64,000 nucleotides of DNA from Alphaproteobacteria bacterium (lineage in GTDB: Bacteria; Pseudomonadota; Alphaproteobacteria; UBA11073). The notes under the pieces were generated by a model. That model saw nothing but the letters and a program-made list of their open reading frames with translations, did not search any database and was not told the DNA's origin. The stretch spans positions 1,064,311-1,128,310 of the forward strand of contig CBDFFW010000001.1 of NCBI GenBank assembly GCA_965246945.1. Reading direction: 5' to 3'. Positions 1 through 10,244 of the stretch are shown here, one piece after another (position 1 is the stretch's first letter; every line of letters begins with the position of its first letter). A program made the position numbers and the translations under genes.

Positions 1-1
1 G

Positions 2-277
2 TTTCTAGGTGTGGTTGCCTTGCCATTTGCCGGCGCTTCGCCAGCATCGGTGGCGGCACAATGGACTACCTCGGGTGCAATTGCTATTTTGGAAATTGCG
101 ATAGCGCTGGTGATGTATGTGATTATTTGGCTGTTCCAGGCCAATTTGATGGCTTTGGCTTATTATCATTTGGTGACAGCTAATGGCAGTACGGTTGATG
201 GCGAACCAGCCACTGCGCTAACCCCCATTCAGCGATTGGTAACAAAAAGCCAACGAATGGATAGTTTAGTGAATTAA
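2..277 (+). CDS. 3' end of a hypothetical membrane protein; the CDS is partial because it is open to the window start
   Basis: The ORF track gives 11..277, but the frame has no stop back to position 2, so the gene probably starts upstream of the window. There is a hydrophobic stretch (AIAILEIAIALVMYVIIWLF). I do not recognise the family. Confidence 0.3.
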   Translation, partial: FLGVVALPFAGASPASVAAQWTTSGAIAILEIAIALVMYVIIWLFQANLMALAYYHLVTANGSTVDGEPATALTPIQRLVTKSQRMDSLVN

Positions 278-325
278 ATATCCTTTCTCTTTGATCTTTG
301 CGGCCAATTTAGCTAATTAGGAGTC

Positions 326-805
326 GTGACTGAAGCTGCTTCTAATCAAACCGCAGGGATCAAGCGTCCGCTTTCCCCGCATTTACAGGTTTACCGTTGG
401 CAATGGTCCAATACCTTGTCGATTTTGCATCGGGCTACGGGCTGTGCTTTGGCGGTTGGGTTATTGGTGTTAACTGTGTGGCTGGTGATGGCGGCCATGG
501 GGCCAGCATCTTATACGGATTTTCAAAATTTCGCCGCGCAGCCGCTTAGCATTTTTTGCCTGGTCGGTTGGGGTTGGTGTCTTAGCTACCATTTGTTAAA
601 TGGTATTCGCCATTTGTTTTGGGATGCCGGTGCGGGTTATGAAATTAAAAATGCGGCGGCCAGTGGGTGGTCGGTGGTTTTTGGGTCATTTGTCTTAACC
701 GGTTTAATGTTGGCAGGTGCATATTATCAATACCAAATGGCACCTAAGCAGGTGAGTTATCAAAATGATACTGCACCTGTTGAACCCATGGGCGTGGAGG
801 AATAA
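326..805 (+). CDS. sdhC: Succinate dehydrogenase cytochrome b556 subunit SdhC
   Basis: GTG start preceded by AGGAG at 319-323. The N-terminus KRPLSPHLQVYRWQWSNTLSILHRATG is the conserved SdhC signature. Multiple TM helices. Directly upstream of sdhD and sdhA. Confidence 0.85.
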   Translation: MTEAASNQTAGIKRPLSPHLQVYRWQWSNTLSILHRATGCALAVGLLVLTVWLVMAAMGPASYTDFQNFAAQPLSIFCLVGWGWCLSYHLLNGIRHLFWDAGAGYEIKNAAASGWSVVFGSFVLTGLMLAGAYYQYQMAPKQVSYQNDTAPVEPMGVEE

Positions 806-807
806 TC

Positions 808-1194
808 ATGAAAACCGGTTCCCGCTTACAATCATCCCTTGGCCGTGTCCGTGGTTTAGGTAGTGCCAAATCTGGCGTACACCATTGGTGGGTGCAGCGT
901 TTAACTGCCATCGCTTTATTGCCGCTAAGCACTTGGTTAGTCAGTGCCATGATCATGCTAATCGGCCAACCTTATGACGTGTTTAAGTTGTGGATCAGCA
1001 CGCCCTGGTCGGCGGTGTTGCTGCTAGCGACCGTTTTTTTAATTTATTATCACACCTATTTGGGTTTGCAGGTAGTGCTGGAAGATTATTTAACCGGCCC
1101 GCGCTATTGGATTGTTTCGCTGGTGATTAAGGGCACCATTATGCTGTGCGGCGCACTCTCCCTTTTCTCTATTCTTAAAATTGCTCTAACTTAA
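808..1194 (+). CDS. sdhD: Succinate dehydrogenase hydrophobic membrane anchor SdhD
   Basis: 128 aa, three TM helices, the haem-ligand region HHWWVQRLTAIALLPL, and a start 3 nt after the sdhC stop. Confidence 0.8.
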   Translation: MKTGSRLQSSLGRVRGLGSAKSGVHHWWVQRLTAIALLPLSTWLVSAMIMLIGQPYDVFKLWISTPWSAVLLLATVFLIYYHTYLGLQVVLEDYLTGPRYWIVSLVIKGTIMLCGALSLFSILKIALT

Positions 1195-1196
1195 CC

Positions 1197-1649
1197 TTAA
1201 CCACCAATTTCAGGTGTTATAGTTTTGGGTGTTTTGGTAGTTTGCGTTGCGCGCGCCAAAGCTTGGGCAACATTATTTCTATTATCTTCATTGGAGGCAA
1301 CAATCACTTTTTGACCAGTTTTAGCAGCTTCTAAAACATTCTCTTCAATTCGCCAGCAAGCGTTGTTATTTATAACATTATAAGTTGCTGGTGTTGAAAT
1401 GGTTGCTAACCCTAAAAAATGGGTGATCGCTATAAATTTTAATCCTTTATTTCGATTTCCTAACCAGTCACCTATATCTCGATAATTATATTCAGCTCCA
1501 GAAAAAGGATCTAAACTTTTTTGAAAATAACCTTCGCGCGACTCTCTTACTAAACCTACCAGCTAAGCAGCAATTTCATCTTTGTCAGACTTTTCCGTAA
1601 AAGTACAACCATCAACATATTTTATTAATTCATTAATTTTAGAAGTCAT
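1197..1649 (-). pseudogene. Disrupted gene of unknown function in an AT-rich insert between sdhD and sdhA
   Basis: On the minus strand an ATG at 1649 opens a reading frame that hits an in-frame TAG at 1563-1565. The same frame then continues for 121 more codons to a TAA at 1197-1199. The product would be MTSKINELIKYVDGCTFTEKSDKDEIAA*LVGLVRESREGYFQKSLDPFSGAEYNYRDIGDWLGNRNKGLKFIAITHF...TPEIGG. Local GC is far below the flanking sdh genes. It is absent from the ORF track because of the internal stop. Confidence 0.45.
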
Positions 1650-1767
1650 TTATATGCCTTTGGTTAATTAAGCTCAATTTTTACATGTAACTATTATTAT
1701 ATCAAAATAAATTTCAAGCAATTCCTTTCTTGCTGTCTAAGCGACGCGCCGTTAATTAAGAGATAAT

Positions 1768-3558
1768 ATGGTTGTCGCATATCCCCTTACTTTTCACGAA
1801 TATGATGTCGTTGTGGTCGGCGCTGGCGGGGCCGGTTTGCGGGCAACATTTGGGATGGCCGAAAAAGGCTTGCGCACCGCGTGTTTAACCAAGGTTTTTC
1901 CGACCCGCTCGCATACGGTAGCCGCACAGGGCGGCATTTCTGCGGCGCTCGGCAATATGGGTGAAGATGATTGGCGCTTTCATATGTATGATACCGTCAA
2001 AGGGTCAGACTGGCTCGGCGACCAAGACGCAATTGAATATATGTGCCGCGAGGCCATTCCGGCGATTATCGAATTGGAACATTACGGCGTGCCGTTTTCA
2101 CGCACGGAAGATGGCAAAATTTACCAGCGCGCTTTCGGCGGGATGACCACGCATTATGGGCAGGGCACTGCTAAGCGCACCTGTGCGGCCGCCGACCGCA
2201 CCGGCCATGCGATGCTGCACACGCTGTATCAACAATCGCTCAAACACAAAGCCGAATTTTTTGTGGAATATTTCGCGCTTGATTTAATTATGGATGAGGA
2301 GGGTGCTTGTAAAGGTGTCCTTGCTTTGAATTTGGATGATGGCAGTTTACACGTTTTCCGCTCGCATCAAGTGGTGCTTGCTACTGGTGGTTATGGACGG
2401 GCTTATTTTTCCTGCACTTCGGCGCATACTTGTACGGGCGATGGCGGCGGTATGGTTGTGCGCGCTGGATTGCCATTGCAGGATATGGAATTCGTGCAAT
2501 TTCATCCAACCGGTATTTATGGCGCTGGCTGTTTGATTACCGAAGGCGTGCGTGGGGAAGGTGGTTATCTGACCAATTCTGAGGGCGAACGGTTTATGGA
2601 ACGTTATGCGCCATCGGCCAAAGATTTAGCCTCACGCGATGTGGTTTCCCGTGCGATGACGATTGAAATTCGCGAAGGGCGCGGTGTCGGCCCGCAGAAA
2701 GACCACATCTTTTTAAACTTACACCATTTGGATCCCGCCATTATTCACGAGCGTTTGCCAGGCATTGCGGAAAGTGCGCGGGTCTTTGCTGGTGTGGATG
2801 TGACCAAGGAGCCGATTCCAGTGCTGCCAACCGTGCATTATAATATGGGCGGAATTCCGACCAATGTGCATACGGAAGTATTAAACCCCACGGCGGAAAA
2901 TCCCCACCGGATAGTGCCAGGTTTGATGGCCATCGGCGAAGCGGCGTGTGTATCCGTGCATGGCGCGAACCGTTTGGGTTCAAATTCACTTTTAGATTTA
3001 GTGGTGTTTGGCCGCGCGGCGGCAATCCAGGCTGCGAAAACTGTAACGCCAGGCGCTACTCATAAATCTTTGCCGGCCACAGCTTATGATCATATTTTAG
3101 CACGTTTGGATAAAACGCGGAATGCGAATGGTCCGGTTAAAGTATCAGCCTTGCGCAATGATATGCAGCGCACCATGCAAAATAACTGTGCCGTTTTCCG
3201 CACAGGCGAGGTGTTGGAAAATGGTGTGCATGAAATTAATGCCATTTATGCCCGCCGGAACGACATCAAAATATCAGACCGTGGCTTAATCTGGAATTCA
3301 GATTTGGTTGAAGCATTAGAATTGGATAATTTATTAGCCAATGCCGTCACCACCTTGCATGCCGCCGTTAACCGCCAGGAATCACGCGGTGCCCATGCGC
3401 GCGAAGATTTTAGCGAGCGGGACGATAAACAATGGTTAAAACACACCATTATTTGGCTGGATGAAGCAGGCCAAAGCCGAATCGATTACCGGCCGGTTAT
3501 CCTGCATACGCTAACCAATGAGGTTGAGCCGGTGCCATTGAAGAAGCGGGTTTACTAG
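1768..3558 (+). CDS. sdhA: Succinate dehydrogenase flavoprotein subunit SdhA
   Basis: 596 aa. FAD motif [12 protein letters not shown], the covalent-FAD histidine context [10 protein letters not shown], and [15 protein letters not shown]. Full-length similarity to SdhA/FrdA. Confidence 0.95.
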   Translation: MVVAYPLTFHEYDVVVVGAGGAGLRATFGMAEKGLRTACLTKVFPTRSHTVAAQGGISAALGNMGEDDWRFHMYDTVKGSDWLGDQDAIEYMCREAIPAIIELEHYGVPFSRTEDGKIYQRAFGGMTTHYGQGTAKRTCAAADRTGHAMLHTLYQQSLKHKAEFFVEYFALDLIMDEEGACKGVLALNLDDGSLHVFRSHQVVLATGGYGRAYFSCTSAHTCTGDGGGMVVRAGLPLQDMEFVQFHPTGIYGAGCLITEGVRGEGGYLTNSEGERFMERYAPSAKDLASRDVVSRAMTIEIREGRGVGPQKDHIFLNLHHLDPAIIHERLPGIAESARVFAGVDVTKEPIPVLPTVHYNMGGIPTNVHTEVLNPTAENPHRIVPGLMAIGEAACVSVHGANRLGSNSLLDLVVFGRAAAIQAAKTVTPGATHKSLPATAYDHILARLDKTRNANGPVKVSALRNDMQRTMQNNCAVFRTGEVLENGVHEINAIYARRNDIKISDRGLIWNSDLVEALELDNLLANAVTTLHAAVNRQESRGAHAREDFSERDDKQWLKHTIIWLDEAGQSRIDYRPVILHTLTNEVEPVPLKKRVY

Positions 3559-3648
3559 TAAACATTTGAAATCAATACTTATGAGAAGCATACATATATT
3601 TGCAATTTGCTTCCTTGCATTTAAGCGAACGATATTTATAAGAGCCAA

Positions 3649-4881
3649 ATGTTCAAACGCACATTTGCGGCCATCGCTTTGGCTGCCACAGTTTTTCATG
3701 CATTACCTGCCAATGCGGGTGATCCATTTGATATCACCTTAACTGATACCACTTCGGGTGAGACGCGCAATTTTCATTTTAATAATGCTGAAGACGCGGT
3801 GAATACCTTTTCCAATACAAAATTGAGTCAATATCTCAGCACCTATAGCCCAACCCATGGGGTTACGGCTGCGGTAAGTTTACGGGGTTTGCCAGGCACT
3901 TTATCTTATGCGGCCGGTTCCAATACGCTGGTTTTAAATATTCCCAGCATCGGTCTCACCCAAAATTTCGTGGGCACTGGCGGGACGACAGCGGCCGCCC
4001 GTAATAATGCGCAAGACCAACTGGAAAATTTCTTTAAAGGGCAAAACGGCAGTGCGGTGCTGACCCAAATTTTAAGGGCACTGGCAGCCAAAACGCCGAT
4101 CGATCCAGTGGCAGGTAACCCCAATAGCCAATTATCATTGATGGGTGACCGTGATTTTAAATTGGGTACCAATTATTTGGAAGGTTTTAATTATAGCGCC
4201 AATAAAGATGATCGTAACCACTTTGAAACGGATGTCAGTGGCGGCCGGTTTAGCAATGATGTATCAGATCAAACCGTTATTACTGCCGCGCTGAACTATA
4301 ACCGCCGTTTGACCGATTCAAACGTGTCCCTGATTTTTGATCTGCCGTTTACTTATTCAGATAGTGAAGGGGCAAGCAGTTATGCGGCCTCATTTGGGAC
4401 AGGCGTGCGTGTGCCAATTATGCCAAACTGGGCGGTAACGCCATTGGTGCGGGTGGCCGGTGTTGGATCTGAAGATTTGGGCGCGGCAGCGGTTATTTAT
4501 TCAGGGTCGGTGACTAGTGATTTCCGCGTGCCGTTGGATAACAACAATGATTTCCAGTTAGGGAATATGATTGGTTATTATAAAACCAATGGTATTACCG
4601 TCGGCGATTACCATATTGATTACGATTTGGGCAATACCCGTTTGAAAAACGGCGTGGCCTTGGCCCACCGCTTTACGCCGGATAAAAATGCGTTAACGGG
4701 CCGGGTATTCTTTAACGATAGCCGTTTCTATGGTGATGATTTGTTTAATGATTATTACGAAGAAGTGGGCGTGTCTTTGTTGCAGCCATATACAGTAAGG
4801 ACGGGTCTAGAGCTAACCGGTTCTTATCTGTTTGCGGATAATTATAATGGTTGGCGCTTAAGCCTTGATTACAATTTCTGA
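3649..4881 (+). CDS. Outer-membrane beta-barrel protein, function unknown
   Basis: Signal peptide MFKRTFAAIALAATVFHALPANA. The composition is rich in Asn, Thr, Gly and Tyr with alternating hydrophobic residues. The C-terminus ...SLDYNF ends in Phe, the usual barrel signature. Confidence 0.5.
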   Translation: MFKRTFAAIALAATVFHALPANAGDPFDITLTDTTSGETRNFHFNNAEDAVNTFSNTKLSQYLSTYSPTHGVTAAVSLRGLPGTLSYAAGSNTLVLNIPSIGLTQNFVGTGGTTAAARNNAQDQLENFFKGQNGSAVLTQILRALAAKTPIDPVAGNPNSQLSLMGDRDFKLGTNYLEGFNYSANKDDRNHFETDVSGGRFSNDVSDQTVITAALNYNRRLTDSNVSLIFDLPFTYSDSEGASSYAASFGTGVRVPIMPNWAVTPLVRVAGVGSEDLGAAAVIYSGSVTSDFRVPLDNNNDFQLGNMIGYYKTNGITVGDYHIDYDLGNTRLKNGVALAHRFTPDKNALTGRVFFNDSRFYGDDLFNDYYEEVGVSLLQPYTVRTGLELTGSYLFADNYNGWRLSLDYNF

Positions 4882-4882
4882 T

Positions 4883-4910
4883 AAAAGCGGGCAATAGCCC
4901 GCTTTTTTAT
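4883..4910. terminator. Bidirectional rho-independent terminator
   Basis: aaaagcgggcaatagcccgcttttttat forms a GC stem with A-run and T-run flanks, between the convergent OMP gene and the glycosyltransferase gene. Confidence 0.7.
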
Positions 4911-6028
4911 TGGGTAATGCGGGTATAAAATTCGCCAATTTCACGGGCCACTTGCTCAGCTGAAAATGTATTCGCGACAAATGCCCGAGATTGTTGACCC
5001 ATTGCGGTGAGTATTTCGAGAGGCGTTGTAATCATCGTTTTAAGAGCGGCGATTAATTGCGCATGATTATCTAACCCCACGCGCCAACCTGTTTGGCCAG
5101 GTTGCACCACATCGCGGCAACCAGGGGCATCGGTGGTCAACACTGGCCGGCTGCAACTGGCAGCTTCCAGCAAACTTTTCGGCACGCCTTCACTGCGCGA
5201 AAGCAACACAGCAATATGCGCGCGCTGCCAAACCTGCCGCACATCACTAATTTTGCCCAGCCATTCAACACCTGGTAGTTTGGCCCAGGTTTGTAATTCA
5301 GCATCGGTGATGCTACTGGGGTTAGCAGGATCACTTTCGCCAGCTAGTATTAAATTTATATCGTGACCTTGTTCGCGGAGAATTTGTTGGGCTGCCACCA
5401 TTAAATGCGCACCTTTATGCCGCAGCATGCGGCCCGTATAGCCTAAAGTTAAGGGACCATTTGGCATTGGCAAAGCCGCGAAGTAATCGAGTTCAACGCC
5501 GGAGCCGCGAATAAGTGTCGCCGCGCCACGCTTTATCACACCGCGTTTTTCTAATTCGTGTTGATCGTCTTTATTTTGCAGCAACACATATGCGCCGTTT
5601 TGGCAGCAAAATAGTTTAAGGATAGGCACTAATGCCAAGCGAATGGTTTGCGCTTGCCAGCTATGGCCAAAGGCATAACCCAAACCCACAAATGCATAAA
5701 TGATATGGGGAATTTTAACAACTTGACGGGCCAACCCGCCCAGCATAATCGGTTTCAGGCCAACACAATGCAGGAGTATTGGTTCAATTTGCTGCACGAG
5801 TTGAATGAGTTGAGCGACCTCAGCACCCAAAGCAATCGGGCCAATTTTACACCGTTCCCAGTGCATGGGGTGCATATGAAATCCTTGGGCGCGAATGGCA
5901 TCACCATGTTGATCCACCTTGCAGGCCACATGCACTTCAAACCCAGCCGCGCGGGCAGCCTTGGCCATCGGCAAGCGATGGGACATAAACGACCAATCTT
6001 CGGCCACCACAAACAGCAAACGGCGCAT
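4907..6028 (-). CDS. Glycosyltransferase family 1 (GT4-like)
   Basis: 373 aa. The C-terminal GT-B motif region is ...LAGESD...SRSEGVPKSLLEAASCSRPVLTTDAPGCRDVV... Confidence 0.7.
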   Translation of the reverse strand: MRRLLFVVAEDWSFMSHRLPMAKAARAAGFEVHVACKVDQHGDAIRAQGFHMHPMHWERCKIGPIALGAEVAQLIQLVQQIEPILLHCVGLKPIMLGGLARQVVKIPHIIYAFVGLGYAFGHSWQAQTIRLALVPILKLFCCQNGAYVLLQNKDDQHELEKRGVIKRGAATLIRGSGVELDYFAALPMPNGPLTLGYTGRMLRHKGAHLMVAAQQILREQGHDINLILAGESDPANPSSITDAELQTWAKLPGVEWLGKISDVRQVWQRAHIAVLLSRSEGVPKSLLEAASCSRPVLTTDAPGCRDVVQPGQTGWRVGLDNHAQLIAALKTMITTPLEILTAMGQQSRAFVANTFSAEQVAREIGEFYTRITQ

Positions 6029-6343
6029 GGCATAACTATGCCAAGCCTGCGGCCAAGCTGCAAATTTAGTTATTAAGAATAAATTCCTTTACAATTATCA
6101 TGCGTTTTGTTATATAGACCAAGCGTGCAAACCGAAGACGCGGGTGCGTAGCGATGCTAGCTATGTTGCGCTTAATAACCTGCCGAGGGATGACGCCCAT
6201 CTGGCCCACACCGCCAGATGCACGCGCGCGTGAAATGTCTTCGCTCGTTTAAAGCGGTAACAGTGTTTCTTTTAACTTAAACAAATCCTGCTAAATTCTG
6301 CTTTTACAGCAATCATCGCCATGGCGATGTTAATATTACACAA

Positions 6344-6447
6344 CCTCATCTTGAGGAGCGCCATTGGCGCGTATCGAAGGATGTTTAATGAAGCCATATC
6401 GTTTAAGCAGCCTTCGATACGCAGCAAAACTGCTACTCAGGATGAGG
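6344..6447. repeat. Family A nested palindromic element, copy A1
   Basis: The outer inverted repeat is CCTCATCYTGAGKAG ... CTACTCAGGATGAGG and the inner one is GTATCGAAGGATG ... CAGCCTTCGATAC. The same architecture recurs five more times in the window. Confidence 0.85.
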
Positions 6448-6452
6448 TTTGG

Positions 6453-7586
6453 TTATAAAGGCAAAATATTGCTAGGCGGCTGTAATTGGCCTCGTACTTC
6501 TGCAAACGCTATTTGCTGCGTTGATTTATCCAGCTGATCAAGCGCGGCCAGAATTTTTTCTGCCGTGCAGTCCGCTTGCAGTAATTCGGGAATAACCAGT
6601 TTCCGCAAAACAATATTTACCAAATTGGCAAACGGCGTTTTGATTAAGTGTCGCGCCAGCCACACTGTTAAGGCATGCATTTGATAGGCAATCAGATGTG
6701 GGCAATTGGCCATTGCCAGTTCGAGTGTGACAGTACCCGAGGCCGCAATGGCCGCGCTGGCTGCGCGCATGGCTTGGTATTTTTCGGTGGGATTGCTAGT
6801 GATATAAATATTGGGCCGGTCGCCCATAATTTCACGCACATGGCTTTCCAGATGCGGCAGGGTGGGGATTAGTAGCCACGGCAAACTGCCATCGCGCTGG
6901 CATTGCTGCATGCGCCAGCTATCGGCGGCTTGTATAAAAATGGGCAGCAGTGCTGCTACCTCGCGTTGGCGGCTGCCAGGCAGTAAGCAAAGGGCATTCG
7001 CCGTGCCAATCACTAATTTCCGTTGCAGCGGGGCGGGATCGATTTTTTCGATATCCAATTGCGTGACGGGATGGCCGATAAAGCTCGCTAGCAAACTATA
7101 TTTTTCAAAATAGGGTGGCTCGAACGGAAATAAGCACCATAAATGATCGTATAATTGGGCAATTTTTTTGGCGCGGCCAGCCCGCCACGCCCAAACCGTG
7201 GGTGCCACTTCATGAATTAAGCGCAACCATTTTTTACGTAGCGGTTGTAACTTTTTGGCCAGGCGAAAGCTGAAATCCGGCACATCAATGGTAATCACAA
7301 TATCTGGCTGAAAAGCGGTGATTGCCGCCACGCAATCATTAATGCGCCGCAAGATAGCGGGAATACGCGGCACCACTTCTGCCAATCCCATTAGGGTTAG
7401 TTCACTATAATTAAACAGGCTGGTGGGCAAGCCAGCCGCCTGCATCTGCGGGCCGCCCACACCTTGCCAGGTAATATCCGGATATTGGGCATTCAGCTTG
7501 CGGATGGCATCTGCGCCCAAGGCATCGCCTGATGGTTCCCCAGCTAAAATAAAAATTTTCACGCTTTTTTGTAACACCAACCGCAA
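6453..7586 (-). CDS. lpxB: Lipid-A-disaccharide synthase
   Basis: 377 aa. IFILAGEPSGDALGADAIRKL, VGGPQMQAAG, TIDVPDFSFRLAKKL and VAPTVWAWRAGRAKKI align with the remembered E. coli LpxB motifs. Confidence 0.8.
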   Translation of the reverse strand: MRLVLQKSVKIFILAGEPSGDALGADAIRKLNAQYPDITWQGVGGPQMQAAGLPTSLFNYSELTLMGLAEVVPRIPAILRRINDCVAAITAFQPDIVITIDVPDFSFRLAKKLQPLRKKWLRLIHEVAPTVWAWRAGRAKKIAQLYDHLWCLFPFEPPYFEKYSLLASFIGHPVTQLDIEKIDPAPLQRKLVIGTANALCLLPGSRQREVAALLPIFIQAADSWRMQQCQRDGSLPWLLIPTLPHLESHVREIMGDRPNIYITSNPTEKYQAMRAASAAIAASGTVTLELAMANCPHLIAYQMHALTVWLARHLIKTPFANLVNIVLRKLVIPELLQADCTAEKILAALDQLDKSTQQIAFAEVRGQLQPPSNILPL

Positions 7587-7638
7587 ATTGCCACAGCAAT
7601 TATTTGAGCTTTCTGTCAGACAGGTTTAAGACAAAGTT

Positions 7639-9030
7639 ATGGCAAATGAATATGATGTAATTGTGATTGGGGCGGGGCCTGGCGGTTATGTCGCGGCAAT
7701 TCGCGCGGCGCAATTGGGCATGAAAACGGCTTGTGTGGAAATGGAGCCAAAACTGGGCGGCACTTGTCTGCGGATCGGTTGCATTCCATCGAAAGCATTA
7801 TTGCATGCTTCCGAGCGTTTTGATGAAACGCAGCATCATTTAGGGGCGCTTGGCATCGATGTGCCGAAGGCTATACTTAACTTGCCAATGATGATGAAAC
7901 ATAAATCTGATGTGGTGGAAGCCAATACCAAAGGTGTTGAGTTTTTGTTTAAGAAAAATAAAATTGATTGGCTAAAAGGCTTGGGCATTATCAAAGCGCC
8001 AGGCAAAGTAGATGTGGCGGGCACGGAATACAGCGCCAAACATATTATCATTGCGACCGGTTCCAGCGTGGTGCAATTGCCAGGTATTGAAGTTGATGAA
8101 CAACAGATTGTTTCTTCCACGGGTGCGCTAGCGCTGGGCGCTGTCCCAAAACATCTGGTGGTCATTGGCGGTGGTGTTATCGGTTTGGAACTTGGCACGG
8201 TTTGGCACCGCTTGGGTGCGGAAGTAACCGTAATTGAATATCTCGATCAAGTTCTGCCCGGTATGGATGGCGAAATACGTGTGGCAGCGAATAAAATGCT
8301 GACCAAACAGGGTTTAAAATTTATGCTGAGCACGAAAGTAACCGGCGCGAAGAAATCTGGCAAAAGCGTGGAACTTACCGTTGAAGCGGCGGCCGGTGGC
8401 AATGCCCAAAAAATAATGGCGGATGTGGTATTGGTGGCGATTGGCCGCAAACCGCATACCGGTGGTTTAGGTTTGGATAAAGCGGGCGTGAAAACGGATG
8501 AGCGTGGCCGCGTGGCCGTTGATGCGCATTACCAAACCAATATCCCAGGCATTTATGCCATTGGCGACGTTATCCATGGACCCATGCTGGCGCATAAGGC
8601 GGAAGAAGATGGCATGGCTTGCGTGGAAATGATTGCCGGCCAAAAACCGCATATTGATTATAATTTGGTACCAGGAGTGGTCTATACCATGCCGGAAATT
8701 GCCAGTATCGGCCAAACGGAAGAACAGCTGAAAGCCGCCGGTGTACAATATAAAGTGGGTAAATTCCCGTATCTAGCCAATGGCCGCGCCCGCGCAATGA
8801 ATGCCACTGAGGGTTTTGTCAAAATTCTGGCCGATGCGCAAACCGACCGGATTTTGGGCGGGCATATTTTGGGTGCCGAAGCGGGTAACTTGATCCACGA
8901 AATTGGCTTGGTAATGGAATTTGGCGGCTCTTCCGAAGATTTAGCGCGCACTTGTCATGCGCATCCAACCTTGGCTGAGGTGGTGAAGGAAGCGGCCTTG
9001 GCGGTTGAAGGCCGTCAGATTCATACCTAA
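7639..9030 (+). CDS. lpdA: Dihydrolipoyl dehydrogenase (E3 component)
   Basis: 463 aa. FAD motif VIVIGAGPGGY, redox-active disulfide GGTCLRIGCIPSKALL, NAD motif VVIGGGVIGLELG, and the C-terminal interface domain ending ...HAHPTLAE. Confidence 0.9.
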   Translation: MANEYDVIVIGAGPGGYVAAIRAAQLGMKTACVEMEPKLGGTCLRIGCIPSKALLHASERFDETQHHLGALGIDVPKAILNLPMMMKHKSDVVEANTKGVEFLFKKNKIDWLKGLGIIKAPGKVDVAGTEYSAKHIIIATGSSVVQLPGIEVDEQQIVSSTGALALGAVPKHLVVIGGGVIGLELGTVWHRLGAEVTVIEYLDQVLPGMDGEIRVAANKMLTKQGLKFMLSTKVTGAKKSGKSVELTVEAAAGGNAQKIMADVVLVAIGRKPHTGGLGLDKAGVKTDERGRVAVDAHYQTNIPGIYAIGDVIHGPMLAHKAEEDGMACVEMIAGQKPHIDYNLVPGVVYTMPEIASIGQTEEQLKAAGVQYKVGKFPYLANGRARAMNATEGFVKILADAQTDRILGGHILGAEAGNLIHEIGLVMEFGGSSEDLARTCHAHPTLAEVVKEAALAVEGRQIHT

Positions 9031-10175
9031 TGCAAAAATCCCTTCCCTTTGCTGCGCCGGAAGCTTATCCGCTGGCCAAGCCGGCCGAAATTATTGCCGA
9101 TTTAAAAGCAGGCAAGATGGTCATCATCACCGATGATGAAGACCGTGAAAACGAAGGCGATTTAATTATCGCCGCCGAGTTTGCCACTGCGGAAGCGGTT
9201 AATTTTATGGCCAAATTCGGCCGCGGGTTGATTTGTTTGGCCCTGGAATCGGCGCAGGTGCGCAAACTTGGCTTGCCCTTGGTTTTAAGCGAAACCGGCA
9301 GCGGGCGCAGCACCGCTTTCACAGTGTCGATTGAAGCGCGGGAAGGGATCACCACCGGCATTTCAGCCGCCGATCGTGCGACGACCATCGCGGCCGCCAT
9401 TCAGCCGGACGCGACCCCCAATCATATCAGCACGCCTGGCCATGTGTTTCCGTTAATGGCGCGGGATGGCGGCACGCTGGTACGGGCGGGGCATACCGAA
9501 GCTGCGGTCGATTTAGCGCGTGCGGCTGGGCTCATTCCAGCCGGTGTCATTTGTGAGATTATGAATGATGATGGGACCATGGCGCGCCTGCCGGATCTCA
9601 TCGGTTTTGCGCAATTCCATAATTTAAAAGTGGGCACCATTGCGGATTTAATCGCCTATCGCCGCCAGCATGAAAAGCAGATTGAATTGCTGTTAACCCA
9701 GCCATTGCAAAGCCAGTTTGGCGGGGATTGGACGCTTAAACTCTATGCTAACCGTGTCAGTTATGCCGAGCATGTGGTATTGATCAAGGGTGATATTAGT
9801 GGCGATGAGCCAGTGCATGTGCGCATGCATGCTTTGTCTATTTTAGGGGATATGCTGGGTGATATTCACAGTGCGGCTAGCGGTTCATTGCAAGCTGCCA
9901 TGGCGCAGATTGATGCCATCGGCCGTGGAGTGATTGTTTTGATTCGCGAATCAAATCCGCGTGCATTATCTGAAAGGCTAATCAACCGGCAAAATAATAC
10001 AGCCGGTCAAAATGAAACACAGCTGCGTGATTATGGCATCGGCGCGCAAATCCTGACGGATCTTGGCGTGCATGCAATGATTCTATTATCTAACCATCAC
10101 CGTCCTATTGCGGGATTGGAAGGCTATGGGTTAAAAGTATTAGGCTGGGAGTCGCTGCAAACATCAATTGCTTAA
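9030..10175 (+). CDS. ribB: 3,4-dihydroxy-2-butanone-4-phosphate synthase with a C-terminal GTP-cyclohydrolase-II-like domain that appears degenerate
   Basis: The N-terminal half carries the RibB signature (DDEDRENEGDLIIAAE..., HTEAAVDLARAAG). The C-terminal half has the RibA fold length but none of the zinc-ligand cysteines. The start overlaps the lpdA stop (TAATG). Confidence 0.8.
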   Translation: MQKSLPFAAPEAYPLAKPAEIIADLKAGKMVIITDDEDRENEGDLIIAAEFATAEAVNFMAKFGRGLICLALESAQVRKLGLPLVLSETGSGRSTAFTVSIEAREGITTGISAADRATTIAAAIQPDATPNHISTPGHVFPLMARDGGTLVRAGHTEAAVDLARAAGLIPAGVICEIMNDDGTMARLPDLIGFAQFHNLKVGTIADLIAYRRQHEKQIELLLTQPLQSQFGGDWTLKLYANRVSYAEHVVLIKGDISGDEPVHVRMHALSILGDMLGDIHSAASGSLQAAMAQIDAIGRGVIVLIRESNPRALSERLINRQNNTAGQNETQLRDYGIGAQILTDLGVHAMILLSNHHRPIAGLEGYGLKVLGWESLQTSIA

Positions 10176-10244
10176 GAATTTAGCAATCTGGTGCTGTTAG
10201 CTTAAATTGTTGATGCCAAGAACCGGCATAAGGGAGTTTAAAAT

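Noticed and set aside
2741-3025. A 94 aa ORF lies antisense within sdhA, with similar antisense ORFs inside lpdA, rpsA, lon and the 806 aa gene.
   Set aside because: They are fully embedded in strongly supported genes on the opposite strand, and their composition is typical of spurious antisense frames.
5648-6076. A 142 aa plus-strand ORF overlaps the glycosyltransferase gene.
   Set aside because: It is antisense to a well-supported GT-B glycosyltransferase and shows no motif.
9030-9030. I looked for an FMN riboswitch upstream of the rib genes.
   Set aside because: ribB starts on the lpdA stop codon, and only 70 nt precede ribH. There is no room for the FMN aptamer, so these genes are not riboswitch-controlled here.
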